Of a DNA stretch of 64,000 nt, positions 9,518 through 19,442 are shown piece after piece. The notes under the pieces were generated by a model that saw only the letters and a program-made list of their open reading frames with translations, did no database searches and was not told the origin of the DNA. Source of the DNA: Rhodospirillaceae bacterium (GTDB taxonomy: Bacteria > Pseudomonadota > Alphaproteobacteria > Rhodospirillales > Rhodospirillaceae); NCBI GenBank assembly GCA_002737725.1, contig NSIP01000001.1:272921-336920 (forward strand), given 5' to 3'. The translations under genes were made by a program, and so were the position numbers. Position 1 is the stretch's first letter. Each line of letters begins with the position of its first letter.

Positions 9518-11173
9518 TTACGGTTGGTCCAATAGATTTTGCGGAAACTCGGTGAATTTCATCTTGGTTGGCCCTTTGTCAGCCAGGCCCAACCTTAAAG
9601 CTCCCGGGTTCATCAAATTTTTGGGGTCTAACGCCGCTTTTATATTTTTAACAAACGCCAGCGAGGCCGACGATAGGCTATTGGCATAGGGGTAGAACTT
9701 ACCCACCTGAAAATGTGCCGCGCCGAACGTGCCCCACAACAAAACAAGATCACGTCGCAATGTGGTCACCGCTTCTCGTGCAGTCGGGTTCGGCGAGCTC
9801 GCCGCAAAATCGCGGCGCTGATCGTCGGTGATATGGCGCAGGTGGAACGCGTTTAACCGATCTTTCCAAAACAGCATCGGCTCAATCAAAAAAGCGCTAC
9901 CGACAGCCCCTGTCAAGTACGACACTTTAATATCGTGCTTCTTCATCAGGTCACGGTGGCGGACAAAGTATTCATCGGTCACCGCAACAATTTCAGCCGC
10001 GCGCGAATAAGGAAACAGGCCATGTACCGGCAGCCAGTTATCGCCGTCATGGCCGAGTAAGGATTTGATGGCACGGAAGGGTTTGGCGCGCGTAATTTGG
10101 GGAATCGTACTTGGCAATTCTTTCAGCGCCAACGGCACCAGAATGCGCCTGGCCTGGCCGATTTTCATCTCAACGTCTTTGGCCGAGGTGCCCTCGACAA
10201 CCAGATGCAACGCAAAACCGCCTCGCGAAACCGAACGGTGTCCGTCAATCAGCGTGCGGGCAATGGTGGCCATTTTCTGGCCCATGCCGTTCTTCACAGC
10301 CGCGACCTCGCGTACAAACGAAAGCCCTTCGAGGAATTTGAACCCACGCGCGGCCAGGTTTTCGTTGCCTTGCGGGTCAATCCCCCATTGCTCGGCGACG
10401 ATGTTTTCACGCGCTAAGGCCACATGCGCCTCGGCAATGTCTTCGAAGCGCTCGAAGGCGAAGGATAAGTAATCTTCCGCTGCCGGAAAGGGGATCAGCC
10501 GCAAGGTCACGTGGGCTTTGATACCAAATGCCCCGCAGTCACCTAAAAATACGCCGGTTAAATCGGGCCCAAAATACCGGAAGAAGGGCGTGCGGCCTTC
10601 CGCGCAAGCCGCACCCGTTTCCACCAGCGAGCCATCGGCCAAAACCACATCCACGCCCAGCACGCTATCGGCCATGGCCCCGTACGTGCCCGCGCCATAG
10701 AACGAGGCATTGTTGCTAGCTGCGCCACCAACTGTCGAATGCAGGCCTGAGAGTGGGCCGAAGTAGGGCGTGCGCAGGCCCTTGGCCTTCAGGGCGTCGT
10801 ATAGCGTTGCCCACGTGCAGCCAGACTCGACCGTCACATAGCGATCAGTTTCATTGATTTCGACAATGCGATTCAGATCAGTGGTGTCGATAATCGCCGA
10901 AGGTGATTGGGTTGCAAGATATCCGCTCGTGTAGGAAAAGCCCGCACCGCGCGCAATCACCGCAATGTCGGCCCGTGTTAGTAACGCAACAGTACGCGCC
11001 AGGTTATCGACGGACTCAGGCTTCACGATCACGCCGGGCCGCGTATCGGCTTCACCAGAAATGTCGGTGGCGTAATACGCTAACTGCGGCGGGTCCGTCA
11101 TCACGCGCGCATTGCCAACGATATCGCGCAGGTCGGCCAGAACTTGAGTTGGAATTGTAGAGTTAATTGTCAT
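9518..11173 (-). CDS. FAD-linked oxidase (PCMH-type FAD-binding domain)
   Basis: 551 aa. The N-terminal region with ARGAGFSYTSGY and the following Gly-rich stretch fits FAD_binding_4-type oxidases. Substrate is unknown. Confidence 0.75.
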   Translation of the reverse strand: MTINSTIPTQVLADLRDIVGNARVMTDPPQLAYYATDISGEADTRPGVIVKPESVDNLARTVALLTRADIAVIARGAGFSYTSGYLATQSPSAIIDTTDLNRIVEINETDRYVTVESGCTWATLYDALKAKGLRTPYFGPLSGLHSTVGGAASNNASFYGAGTYGAMADSVLGVDVVLADGSLVETGAACAEGRTPFFRYFGPDLTGVFLGDCGAFGIKAHVTLRLIPFPAAEDYLSFAFERFEDIAEAHVALARENIVAEQWGIDPQGNENLAARGFKFLEGLSFVREVAAVKNGMGQKMATIARTLIDGHRSVSRGGFALHLVVEGTSAKDVEMKIGQARRILVPLALKELPSTIPQITRAKPFRAIKSLLGHDGDNWLPVHGLFPYSRAAEIVAVTDEYFVRHRDLMKKHDIKVSYLTGAVGSAFLIEPMLFWKDRLNAFHLRHITDDQRRDFAASSPNPTAREAVTTLRRDLVLLWGTFGAAHFQVGKFYPYANSLSSASLAFVKNIKAALDPKNLMNPGALRLGLADKGPTKMKFTEFPQNLLDQP

Positions 11174-11883
11174 GTCCGTCCTAAATAGGCTTCGCGTACT
11201 TTCGGGTCGCGCAACAATTCAGCACTCGTCCCAGTGGCGACAATTCGGCCGGTCTCGAGCACATAGCCGCGCGTGGCAAGTTTAAGTGCGAGCGTAGTGT
11301 TTTGCTCCACAACCAGCACCGTAACGCCTTGTGCGGCGATATCTGAGATTCGTGCAAACACATCGTGGGCAATTTTCGGGGCAAGCCCCAAACTCGGTTC
11401 GTCCAGCAGCAGCATTTTGGCCCGTGCCATCAGGGCTCGGCCAATGGCCAGCATTTGCTGCTCGCCACCCGACAACGACCAGCCCCGTTGTTCGCGCCGT
11501 TCGTTCAGGCGTGGCATAAAGGTGTAGACCTTCTCAAGGTCTGGCGTCAGGTCTGCGGTGGCACCCGCCCAGGCGCTGGCGGCGACCTTGAGGTTTTCTT
11601 CAACCGTAAGCCCACCAAAAATTCGCCGACGTTCAGGCACATGGATCAATCCCTGCCGCACACGGGCTTCGGCACTGAATTTTGATAAGTCGTTGTCGGC
11701 CAAGGTCATGGACCCAGCCGTGGGTTTTACGAGGCCTGACAGCGTGCGCAGCAGGGTGGTTTTTCCAGCACCATTGGCCCCCAGCAACGCAACGGTTTCA
11801 CCCGCTGCAATGGTCAGGCTGACGTTACTGATCGCTTGCACAGCACCATAGCGCACATCAAGGGCGTCGATTTTAAGCATCAA
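11170..11883 (-). CDS. Branched-chain/HAAT-family ABC transporter ATP-binding protein (LivF-like)
   Basis: Walker A GANGAGKTT, signature LSGGEQQM, Walker B LLLDEPSLGLAP. It overlaps both neighbouring genes. Confidence 0.9.
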   Translation of the reverse strand: MMLKIDALDVRYGAVQAISNVSLTIAAGETVALLGANGAGKTTLLRTLSGLVKPTAGSMTLADNDLSKFSAEARVRQGLIHVPERRRIFGGLTVEENLKVAASAWAGATADLTPDLEKVYTFMPRLNERREQRGWSLSGGEQQMLAIGRALMARAKMLLLDEPSLGLAPKIAHDVFARISDIAAQGVTVLVVEQNTTLALKLATRGYVLETGRIVATGTSAELLRDPKVREAYLGRT

Positions 11884-12646
11884 CAGCCTCGGTGCCTAAA
11901 TAGGCCTCGATCACTTTGGGGTTGGCGCGAACCTCAGCGGGTGTCCCCTCGGCAATTTTTTCACCAAAATTCAGCACGGCAATGCGCTCGGCCCACGCCA
12001 TCACCAAGCTCATGTCGTGTTCGATCAGCACAACAGCCAGGCCTTCAGACTTAAGGTCTTTGAGCGCCCTCACCAATGCCACACGCTCGCCGCTGTTCAA
12101 GCCCGCTGCTGGTTCATCCAGCAAAATAATGTTGGCCTCAGCCGCCAAGGCCCGCGCAATCTCGACGTTACGTTGCACGCCAAATGGCAGTTGCGAAATT
12201 TCCGCATCGCGCATGGCCCATAGGTCAAGTTTTTTCAGCGCGGTTTCAGCGCGCGCTCGCAAAGCGTCTTGCCAGCGATCATAAAATCCACGCCGCAGCA
12301 CAACATCAATCAGTCGCGCTCCTTCACCGGGGCAGCCGCCCGCCATGACGTTTTCCAAAACTGTTAGGCGTTGAAAAAGTCTTCCGTTTTGGAATGTGCG
12401 GGCCATGCCTAAGCGTCGCAGACCATGCGCGGGGCTATTGGTAACGGACGTGTCATTCAAAAAAATCTCTCCGTCGGTCGGTGACATCAATCCTGACAGC
12501 AAATTTAAGAATGTGCTTTTACCCGCCCCATTGGGCCCGATCACCGCAAAGGCTTCGCCAGCGTTCACCGACAACGACACGCCGTTCACAGCCACCAGGC
12601 CGCCGAAGGTTTTGGTGAGTTTGCGTGTTTCCAGAACCGTGGTCAT
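11873..12646 (-). CDS. HAAT-family ABC transporter ATP-binding protein (LivG-like)
   Basis: Walker A GPNGAGKST and Walker B IILLDEPAAGLN. A start at ATG 12646 gives an ATGA overlap with the LivM-like stop (the track ORF starts at 12667). Confidence 0.9.
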   Translation of the reverse strand: MTTVLETRKLTKTFGGLVAVNGVSLSVNAGEAFAVIGPNGAGKSTFLNLLSGLMSPTDGEIFLNDTSVTNSPAHGLRRLGMARTFQNGRLFQRLTVLENVMAGGCPGEGARLIDVVLRRGFYDRWQDALRARAETALKKLDLWAMRDAEISQLPFGVQRNVEIARALAAEANIILLDEPAAGLNSGERVALVRALKDLKSEGLAVVLIEHDMSLVMAWAERIAVLNFGEKIAEGTPAEVRANPKVIEAYLGTEAVDA

Positions 12647-13644
12647 GGCGAAGCCGCTCTGCCACACCAGCGCTGCAATAGCCCCGCCAAGCCTTTGGGC
12701 AGCGCCATTAATACGATTAGCGTAATCAAGCCGTAGAACACCAAGTAGCCGTCTTTCAGCAACCGCGCGATCAGGTCTTTCTCGCTGCCGCCCGCCGCCA
12801 CGTAACCTGCAGCCAAGTCACGCAGAAGCTCGGGCAGGAACGTTAAGGCAATCGCACCCAAGATCGCGCCGATGACCGAAGCTTCACCCCCCACCACCAG
12901 CATCATCAGGAACAGAATCGATTGTGACACGGCAAAATCCGACGGCGAAATAAAGCCGGTGTAGTGTGCGTAGAGCGTACCCGACAACGCGCCGATGACG
13001 GCGGACAACGTAAAAGCAATCACCTTGACCCGGCCCACATCAATGCCAATGGTCAGCGCTGCGGTTTCATCGTCGCGCACCGCAATCATGGCCCGGCCCA
13101 AGTGCGAGTGGCGCAAGCGCAGCGCAATCCATACGACAACCAACGCGGCAACGCTGACGATGGGGATGAACGCTTTTTCTGGCGCCATACCAGGCATCAT
13201 GTCGGTCAGGCGCGGAATGCCTGTCACGCCATTATAACCGTTGGTCACCTCAACCCAGTTTTTGGCGATCAACTCCAAGATCACGTTCACGCCCACCGTC
13301 GCCAGCGCCAGGTAATGCCCTTTCAGCCTGATCAGCGGCAGGCTAACCAGCAGCGCAAAACTGGCAGCGGCGATCATGGCCACGGGAATACTGATGGCCA
13401 TGGGCCAGCCGAGCTTTACGGTGGCTAACGCCGTCACATAGGCACCGATGCCAACAAATGCGGCCTGGCCCAGATGAATAATGCCGCAATATCCAAACGC
13501 AAGATTAAGGCCAATGACAGTGATGACATTGAGCAGCGCCAAGTTCAGCAGGCGCAAGCTATAGCCTTCCAGCAAAACCCCAGCGCTAGCCAAAAGAAGT
13601 GCAGCAACGGCCAGCCAGATCCACTGTTTGCTTTGCGCGCTCAT
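12643..13644 (-). CDS. HAAT-family ABC transporter permease (LivM-like)
   Basis: 333 aa, highly hydrophobic with many TM spans, with a GQAAFVGIGAY motif. It overlaps the upstream fusion gene by 4 nt. Confidence 0.88.
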   Translation of the reverse strand: MSAQSKQWIWLAVAALLLASAGVLLEGYSLRLLNLALLNVITVIGLNLAFGYCGIIHLGQAAFVGIGAYVTALATVKLGWPMAISIPVAMIAAASFALLVSLPLIRLKGHYLALATVGVNVILELIAKNWVEVTNGYNGVTGIPRLTDMMPGMAPEKAFIPIVSVAALVVVWIALRLRHSHLGRAMIAVRDDETAALTIGIDVGRVKVIAFTLSAVIGALSGTLYAHYTGFISPSDFAVSQSILFLMMLVVGGEASVIGAILGAIALTFLPELLRDLAAGYVAAGGSEKDLIARLLKDGYLVFYGLITLIVLMALPKGLAGLLQRWCGRAASP

Positions 13645-16600
13645 CCGCGATCTCCGCGCGATTCGCCGAACAAGCCTTGTGGGCGCGCCACCAGGAACCC
13701 AACCATCAGCAAAAACACCAGCGCGTCTTTATACGTGGACGACACATAGGCAGCACCCAGCGACTCAGCCAGGCCCACAATAATGCCGCCCAACACCGCG
13801 CCCGGGACACTGCCAAAGCCGCCGATGATGGTGGCGGCAAAACTTTTCAACGCCAAAGCATCACCCATGCTGCTATCGACAAACCACACGGGCCCCATCA
13901 GCAAACCACCCAAGCCTGCCAATCCGCCCGCTAGCGCCCAGGTCAGCGCATAAATACCTGCGACATTGATGCCCATCAGTTTGGCGGCCTCAGCGTCTTG
14001 GGCGACAGCACGCATGCGTGCGCCCAGAACCGAGCGATACAGCAGCACATAAAGCCCGGTGACGACGATCATGGTAATGACGATCACGGCCAAAATGTGC
14101 GCGGAGACGACAACCCCACCCAACGACAACGGCGCCACACCGAATGGCGAGGGCAAGCGTTGTGGCAATGGCCCCCAAATCATTTGCCCGATATTTTGTA
14201 CAATAATGCCCACAGCAATGGTGCCGACAATCACGGTCACGACAGGGCTTTGTTGCAGTGGTCGGTAGACCACAAAGAAAAATAAAATGCCCAGACCAAT
14301 CATGCCGACTAGCGCCAAGATGGTTCCGGGCACCACTGCTCCTAGGCCTGAAATCATCGAAATGCCTAAGAACGCACCGATGACCACAAATTGCCCGGCG
14401 GCAAAGTTCACAACCCCCGTGGCCTCGTAGACCAACACAAACCCCAGCGCCAACAACGCATAGATGCAGCCAATCGCTAAGCCATTGAAGATGGTTTGCA
14501 GCAGTCCTTTCAATTGAGATGGGCGTTCTTGTGATGCGGATGTCGACACAGGTTGCGCAGCGATTGTCGCTGTCTCTGACGTAATCGCAAAATTGCGGAC
14601 TAGCGTGAACTCTTTTGTGCCGGGTGTGAATTTGATAATGGCAGCCGAGTTGCCAAGGTTGCCAAAGCGATCAGTCGTATAGGTGCGCGTGATGCCTGGC
14701 CGGTCTTTCAGCGCGGCGAGGTAGCCTTGGATCGCTGTGGGTGCAATGCCAACTGTGCGCAAGCCATTGGCCAGAATCATCGCCGTATCATAATAGTTCG
14801 TCACGAACGATGCATCAGCAGGAATGCCAAATCGTGTCTGATACCGGCCCAGGAAATCGGTTGGGTCGAAAGCGCGTCGGTCGGGCAAATACGAATCAGT
14901 GACAGCGTATGCCCCATCAATGTCCTCGGCTGAAATCAGCGACATGACCGATGGCAATGCAAGTGTGGTGTTGGCAACGATAGGAAGTGTGATGCCGAGC
15001 GAGCGTCGCGCGCCTAGCATCAGCCCCATATCGCGCACATAACTGACCGCAACAATGACATCGGCGCCTTGGCCGATGACGCTGAGAAGATGCGAGCCGA
15101 AGTCGTTTTCGTCTAAGGGGTAGGATTCGACGATGGGCTCAGCCCCGGCAGCGCGTAACAGGCGCGTCATCTCGGCGGCCATGCCCTGACCATAATCGTT
15201 CTGGGCGTAGAGAATCGCTGGCTTGGCGCGCTTCACATCGCGCAGCAGAATATCAACCATCGCCGCGGCCACCACGCTATCGGGTTGCTTGATGCGAAAC
15301 ATCCACGGGTTGCCCAGTTGGTGTAAGGCATCGGCGCCGCCGGCATACAGCGTTGGCAGTGCTGCGCGCCGCACTTCAGGCTCGACGGCAAAATTTTGCG
15401 GCGTAAAGCTTGAGACAAACATCGCCACAGGGTTTTGCTCCTGCACCGTTTTCACAAACGCCGAAACGGCAGTGGAGTTCGATGATTGCGCGTCCTCAAA
15501 GGCAAAGCGCACCTGAACACCACCAATGCCACCGGCAGCGTTGATATCCTCTTCAGCTATTTTCAGGGCGTTGTAGTACAGCAACCCCGACGTGGCTGAT
15601 GACCCGGTAATGGGAACGGTGGCACCGATCACGATTTCCTTGAGATCAGCCATGGGCGCGGGCGTCGCTGCTTTCGGGGCATCGGTGAACGCGCGCATGG
15701 GAATTTGCGTTTTGTTGTCGCCATAGCGCACGATGACCACACTGTTAGTCATGTTGCCTTTAGCATCGGCGGTATAGCTGCGCGTCAGGGCGTCGAAGTT
15801 TTTTAAACTTGCGACAAAGTCGCGCACTTTCTTTGGGTCTTCGCCTACCTGACGAATGGCTGCGGCGATAATCCACACCGCATCGTAGTAGTTGGTAATG
15901 AACGACGGATCGGGTTTCAGGTTGTGGCGCTGTTCATAGCGGCGAATAAAATCAGCCTTGTCGTAGGCGCCACGTTCGCTTAGCAACGCATCGACCAGCG
16001 CATACACATTCTGAAGTTCGGCCGGTTCCAGCAAGTCGGTGGTCGCCGACACACCCAAGGCCTGCTGACCAACAACGGGCAATGTGATGCCCAAGGCTTT
16101 GCGGGCGCGCAGCACCAGGGCTGAATCGCGGTTAAAGCCCGCGGTCAGTAAAACATCGGCGCCTTGGTTCACCAGGCTTTGCAATTGCGCCGACATATCG
16201 TTGTCGCTTGGGCCGTAGGATTCTTTGATCAGCGTGATGCCTTGTGCGGCGAACAGCGCGTCTAACTGACGCGCAAAGCCCTGGCCGTAGTCGTTCTGCA
16301 CATAAATCAGGCCGGGCTTTGATTTTTTCAGATCATCCAGCACAACGCTGGCCACAGCTTTGGTGTTCACCTGATCGGGCGGCTTAATGCGAAACAGCCA
16401 CGGGTTATTCAAATCCTCGATCTCGGTCGCACCGCCGGCATGCATGGCACCAATCGCGGCGCGAGAAATTTCCGTGGCCTGGGCCAGAATTTGAGGCGAA
16501 TAACTTGAAATGAGCATAAACGGTGGTTTGTGCTGTTGCACCAGTTTCACATAAGCCGTCACGGCGCTTGAGTTCGACGAGCCCGCGTCTTCGTTGATCA

Positions 16601-16823
16601 GGCGTAGTTTTTTGCCGTTCACACCCCCCGCGGCATTGATGTCTTCCACAGCCATCTCCAAGGCATGGAAAACCGTTAGCCCCGTAGCGGCGAGTTGCCC
16701 GGTCACGGCGCAGGTCGCGCCAATAATAATTTCATCAGATGCTGGTGTTTGCGCGCGTATAGGCCCTATCAAACCCAACAGCACGGCAACTATTGTGCAC
16801 CAAACTGCACAAAACTGTCTCAT
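13641..16823 (-). CDS. Fusion protein: signal peptide + two tandem Leu/Ile/Val-type periplasmic binding domains + LivH-type ABC permease domain
   Basis: One uninterrupted 1060-aa ORF. aa 1-24 look like a signal peptide. aa ~30-385 (nt ~16736-15669) and aa ~400-755 (nt ~15626-14559) are paralogous SBP repeats. aa ~776-1060 (nt ~14498-13644) are a LivH-like multi-TM permease ending in GLFG. Confidence 0.85.
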   Translation of the reverse strand: MRQFCAVWCTIVAVLLGLIGPIRAQTPASDEIIIGATCAVTGQLAATGLTVFHALEMAVEDINAAGGVNGKKLRLINEDAGSSNSSAVTAYVKLVQQHKPPFMLISSYSPQILAQATEISRAAIGAMHAGGATEIEDLNNPWLFRIKPPDQVNTKAVASVVLDDLKKSKPGLIYVQNDYGQGFARQLDALFAAQGITLIKESYGPSDNDMSAQLQSLVNQGADVLLTAGFNRDSALVLRARKALGITLPVVGQQALGVSATTDLLEPAELQNVYALVDALLSERGAYDKADFIRRYEQRHNLKPDPSFITNYYDAVWIIAAAIRQVGEDPKKVRDFVASLKNFDALTRSYTADAKGNMTNSVVIVRYGDNKTQIPMRAFTDAPKAATPAPMADLKEIVIGATVPITGSSATSGLLYYNALKIAEEDINAAGGIGGVQVRFAFEDAQSSNSTAVSAFVKTVQEQNPVAMFVSSFTPQNFAVEPEVRRAALPTLYAGGADALHQLGNPWMFRIKQPDSVVAAAMVDILLRDVKRAKPAILYAQNDYGQGMAAEMTRLLRAAGAEPIVESYPLDENDFGSHLLSVIGQGADVIVAVSYVRDMGLMLGARRSLGITLPIVANTTLALPSVMSLISAEDIDGAYAVTDSYLPDRRAFDPTDFLGRYQTRFGIPADASFVTNYYDTAMILANGLRTVGIAPTAIQGYLAALKDRPGITRTYTTDRFGNLGNSAAIIKFTPGTKEFTLVRNFAITSETATIAAQPVSTSASQERPSQLKGLLQTIFNGLAIGCIYALLALGFVLVYEATGVVNFAAGQFVVIGAFLGISMISGLGAVVPGTILALVGMIGLGILFFFVVYRPLQQSPVVTVIVGTIAVGIIVQNIGQMIWGPLPQRLPSPFGVAPLSLGGVVVSAHILAVIVITMIVVTGLYVLLYRSVLGARMRAVAQDAEAAKLMGINVAGIYALTWALAGGLAGLGGLLMGPVWFVDSSMGDALALKSFAATIIGGFGSVPGAVLGGIIVGLAESLGAAYVSSTYKDALVFLLMVGFLVARPQGLFGESRGDRG

Positions 16824-18364
16824 GCCATCGCTCGCAATTCGGTTTTCAAAACTTTGCCATTGGCATTGCGGGGCAGGGCGGTCACAACCTGAATATTCTT
16901 CGGAATTTTATAAGCCGACAGCTTGCCCTCACAGAATTGAACAAGTCCATCGGTGCTGAGTGTTTTTTCAGGTTTTAAAATCACAAAGGCCTTCAAACGC
17001 TCGCCCCATTTGTCGTCAGGAATGCCCACCACTGCCACATCGGCGATGGCCGGGTGGCCGAGCAAAACTTCTTCGATCTCGCGGGGGTAAATATTCACGC
17101 CACCCGAAATCACCATGTCCTTCTTGCGGTCGACAATATAGATGAATCCTTCCGCATCGCGCTTGGCAATATCACCCACCGAAACCCAACCCTCTTTGAA
17201 GGTTTCGGCGGTGTCTTTCGGGCGGTTCCAATAACCGTTAAAAAGATAAGGCGAAAGGCTTAGCAACTCGCCTGGCACGTCGGGCGGGCATTCGGTGCCA
17301 TGTTCGTCGACAATCTTGACCAGCGTGCTCAGGAACGGGGTGCCCACGCATTGTTGTTTGCGTAGCTGATCGGGTGGCCGAAGGTTTGTCACCACGCCAC
17401 CTTCTGTTGAACCATAAGTTTCATGCAGTTTACCCTCACCGAAATAGGTGACGATTTTGTGTTTCATGGCTTGGGGCAGAGGGGCTGCGTTAGAGATAAT
17501 CGTGCGAATCTGCAAACCTTTGCACTCATGCAAAATATCTGGGGCAAGGCTGAAAAGTTGATGAAACTGTGTTGGCACCATGAACACGCCCGAGAACGCA
17601 CCGCTTTTTAAACGTCGCAGCAATGTCTCCGCATCAAACTTATCCATAAACTCCATGTATCCGCCGCCAAACAGCGCGGCCATGGGAAAGCAAATACCTG
17701 CCCCATGGTTCATCGGCGTGGTGCCCAGGAATTTATCATCGGGCCCGTAACAGCCGTACTCTAAGGCCATGCCCATAAAGGTGAAAAGGCGCGAGCGGTG
17801 CGACACCAACACACCTTTGGGTTTGCCGGTGGTGCCCGATGTATAGGGAATCGTCCACACATCCCATTCATCAACAACGGGCCGTGTCGCTGCGGCTTCG
17901 CCGTGCGCTAACCACGCCTCATATTCATCACCGATCTCAATAATACGCGTCACGGTTTTGAACGCGCAGCCGCGCACAACGGCTTGATTGCTGGCATCGC
18001 AGAACACCACTTTGGCTTCGGCATCATCGCAGATGGCAATCATCTCTGCGGGCATTAGGCGCGGGTTGACGGTGGCCACCGCCACACCGGCTTCGGGCAC
18101 GCCACATACAATCTCAATATACTCAATGCAGTTGCGGGCAATGATCGCTGCGTTATCGCCCTTCTTCAATTTCAGATTGTTGATGGTTGCGTTGGTGACT
18201 AAATCAACGCGGCGCACAAGTTCGCCATAGGTGCGTTGAACATCATTGTACCCCACGGCTACTTTGTTGGGTGAGCGCATCATGGTGGCCCGCAATGCGC
18301 TCGCCATGGTCATGGATTGAAATCCAACCGGCAACGTCACAGTTCTGGTCGATGTGGCGGTCAT
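16820..18364 (-). CDS. AMP-dependent acyl-CoA synthetase/ligase
   Basis: AMP-binding motif YTSGTTGKPKGV, a GYWNRP region, and a C-terminal KIPK..LPRNANGKVLK. Confidence 0.92.
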   Translation of the reverse strand: MTATSTRTVTLPVGFQSMTMASALRATMMRSPNKVAVGYNDVQRTYGELVRRVDLVTNATINNLKLKKGDNAAIIARNCIEYIEIVCGVPEAGVAVATVNPRLMPAEMIAICDDAEAKVVFCDASNQAVVRGCAFKTVTRIIEIGDEYEAWLAHGEAAATRPVVDEWDVWTIPYTSGTTGKPKGVLVSHRSRLFTFMGMALEYGCYGPDDKFLGTTPMNHGAGICFPMAALFGGGYMEFMDKFDAETLLRRLKSGAFSGVFMVPTQFHQLFSLAPDILHECKGLQIRTIISNAAPLPQAMKHKIVTYFGEGKLHETYGSTEGGVVTNLRPPDQLRKQQCVGTPFLSTLVKIVDEHGTECPPDVPGELLSLSPYLFNGYWNRPKDTAETFKEGWVSVGDIAKRDAEGFIYIVDRKKDMVISGGVNIYPREIEEVLLGHPAIADVAVVGIPDDKWGERLKAFVILKPEKTLSTDGLVQFCEGKLSAYKIPKNIQVVTALPRNANGKVLKTELRAMA

Positions 18365-18374
18365 TCAGGATGAT

Positions 18375-19277
18375 CTACCGGGGGATTTTTTTGAAAATGC
18401 GCAAGGCGTTTTCGCGCATCATGAGTTTATGCGCTTCAGGCCTTAGGCCCAGCTCAGCCACCTCGGTAACGGCGCGCTCGGGGTCAATCACCGGCCAATC
18501 GGTCCCAAACAAAACTTTTTCTTTGCCATAACTATTCGCATAATGAACATAAGACTTGGGCCAGTGCTTGGGCGCATAGGCATCGCCTGCCGTAAACACA
18601 TTCTCATGTTTCCAGCACATGGAAATCATTTCCTCGGTCCACGGCACGCCGATATGAATGCCGATCAACGCCAACTCGGGAAAATCAATCGCCACCTGAT
18701 CGAGCAAGATGGGCTTGGCCACGGAAGGCAAACGCCGGTCTTTTTGGTAAACGAGGTTATGCCCCACCTGCATCATGATCGGGATGTCGAGTTCGCAGCA
18801 CTTGGCATAGTACGGGTAAATTAGTGGTGCGTCGGGCGGCATCGAAAACCAATGGGGGTACCAATGAGCCCCGACAAAACCAAACTCTTTGACGCCGCGT
18901 TCAAGGTCGCGCAGACCTTGCATCCCACGCGTAGGGTCGACCCCCGCTAAGCCTGAAAAGCGATCTGGGTACTGGCGGCAAATCTCGGCCACCATTTCAT
19001 AGGGCACTTCGAACGAGCCCCGTACCCGCAAATCACCCGCACGCACCGCAATCAGCAGCGAGCGTTCAATCCCCGCACGGTCCATCTTTTTCAAATAGTC
19101 CGCCATTCTCACACCCGGTCGCATGGCGGGTGGCATGCGCACCTGGACCTTGAAATTTTCATCCACGCCAGTGCGGTTTTCCCGCACGGCTTCAGGTGTG
19201 AAGACGTTACAAACGATATCGATAAAACCTGCCACAATTGCCTCGAATTGAAGATGGATTGTTCCTGACGTCTGCAT
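18375..19277 (-). CDS. Amidohydrolase-2 family protein (ACMSD-like decarboxylase/hydratase fold)
   Basis: GAHWYPHWF and LFGTDWPV motifs. The start is uncertain: TTG 19298, ATG 19277, or GTG 19235 behind GAGG. Confidence 0.75.
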   Translation of the reverse strand: MQTSGTIHLQFEAIVAGFIDIVCNVFTPEAVRENRTGVDENFKVQVRMPPAMRPGVRMADYLKKMDRAGIERSLLIAVRAGDLRVRGSFEVPYEMVAEICRQYPDRFSGLAGVDPTRGMQGLRDLERGVKEFGFVGAHWYPHWFSMPPDAPLIYPYYAKCCELDIPIMMQVGHNLVYQKDRRLPSVAKPILLDQVAIDFPELALIGIHIGVPWTEEMISMCWKHENVFTAGDAYAPKHWPKSYVHYANSYGKEKVLFGTDWPVIDPERAVTEVAELGLRPEAHKLMMRENALRIFKKIPR

Positions 19278-19442
19278 TCTTAGCGACCTGCTGACCAATC
19301 ATAAAGGGGATCGCTGCCGGTCTGCTCGTGGAGCGGGCTTAATCTGTGTTTTTGGCCGCGTGCACGGGGTATGGTATCGAACAGTTCTGGGCGTGGCTTT
19401 ATATCTTATCTATTCCCAACTTTAGGCAGGGGTGCGGCATTG

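Noticed and set aside
18664-18690. Extra copies of the family-1 repeat core inside coding regions: ATTTTCCCGAG..TTGGCGT on the minus strand here, and GAAAAAGTCTTCCGTTTTGGAATGTG at about 12371-12396.
   Set aside because: Both lie within well-conserved protein motifs (DFPELALIG of the amidohydrolase and FQNGRLFQ of the LivG-like ATPase). They lack the rest of the element and are most simply chance or codon-driven similarity.
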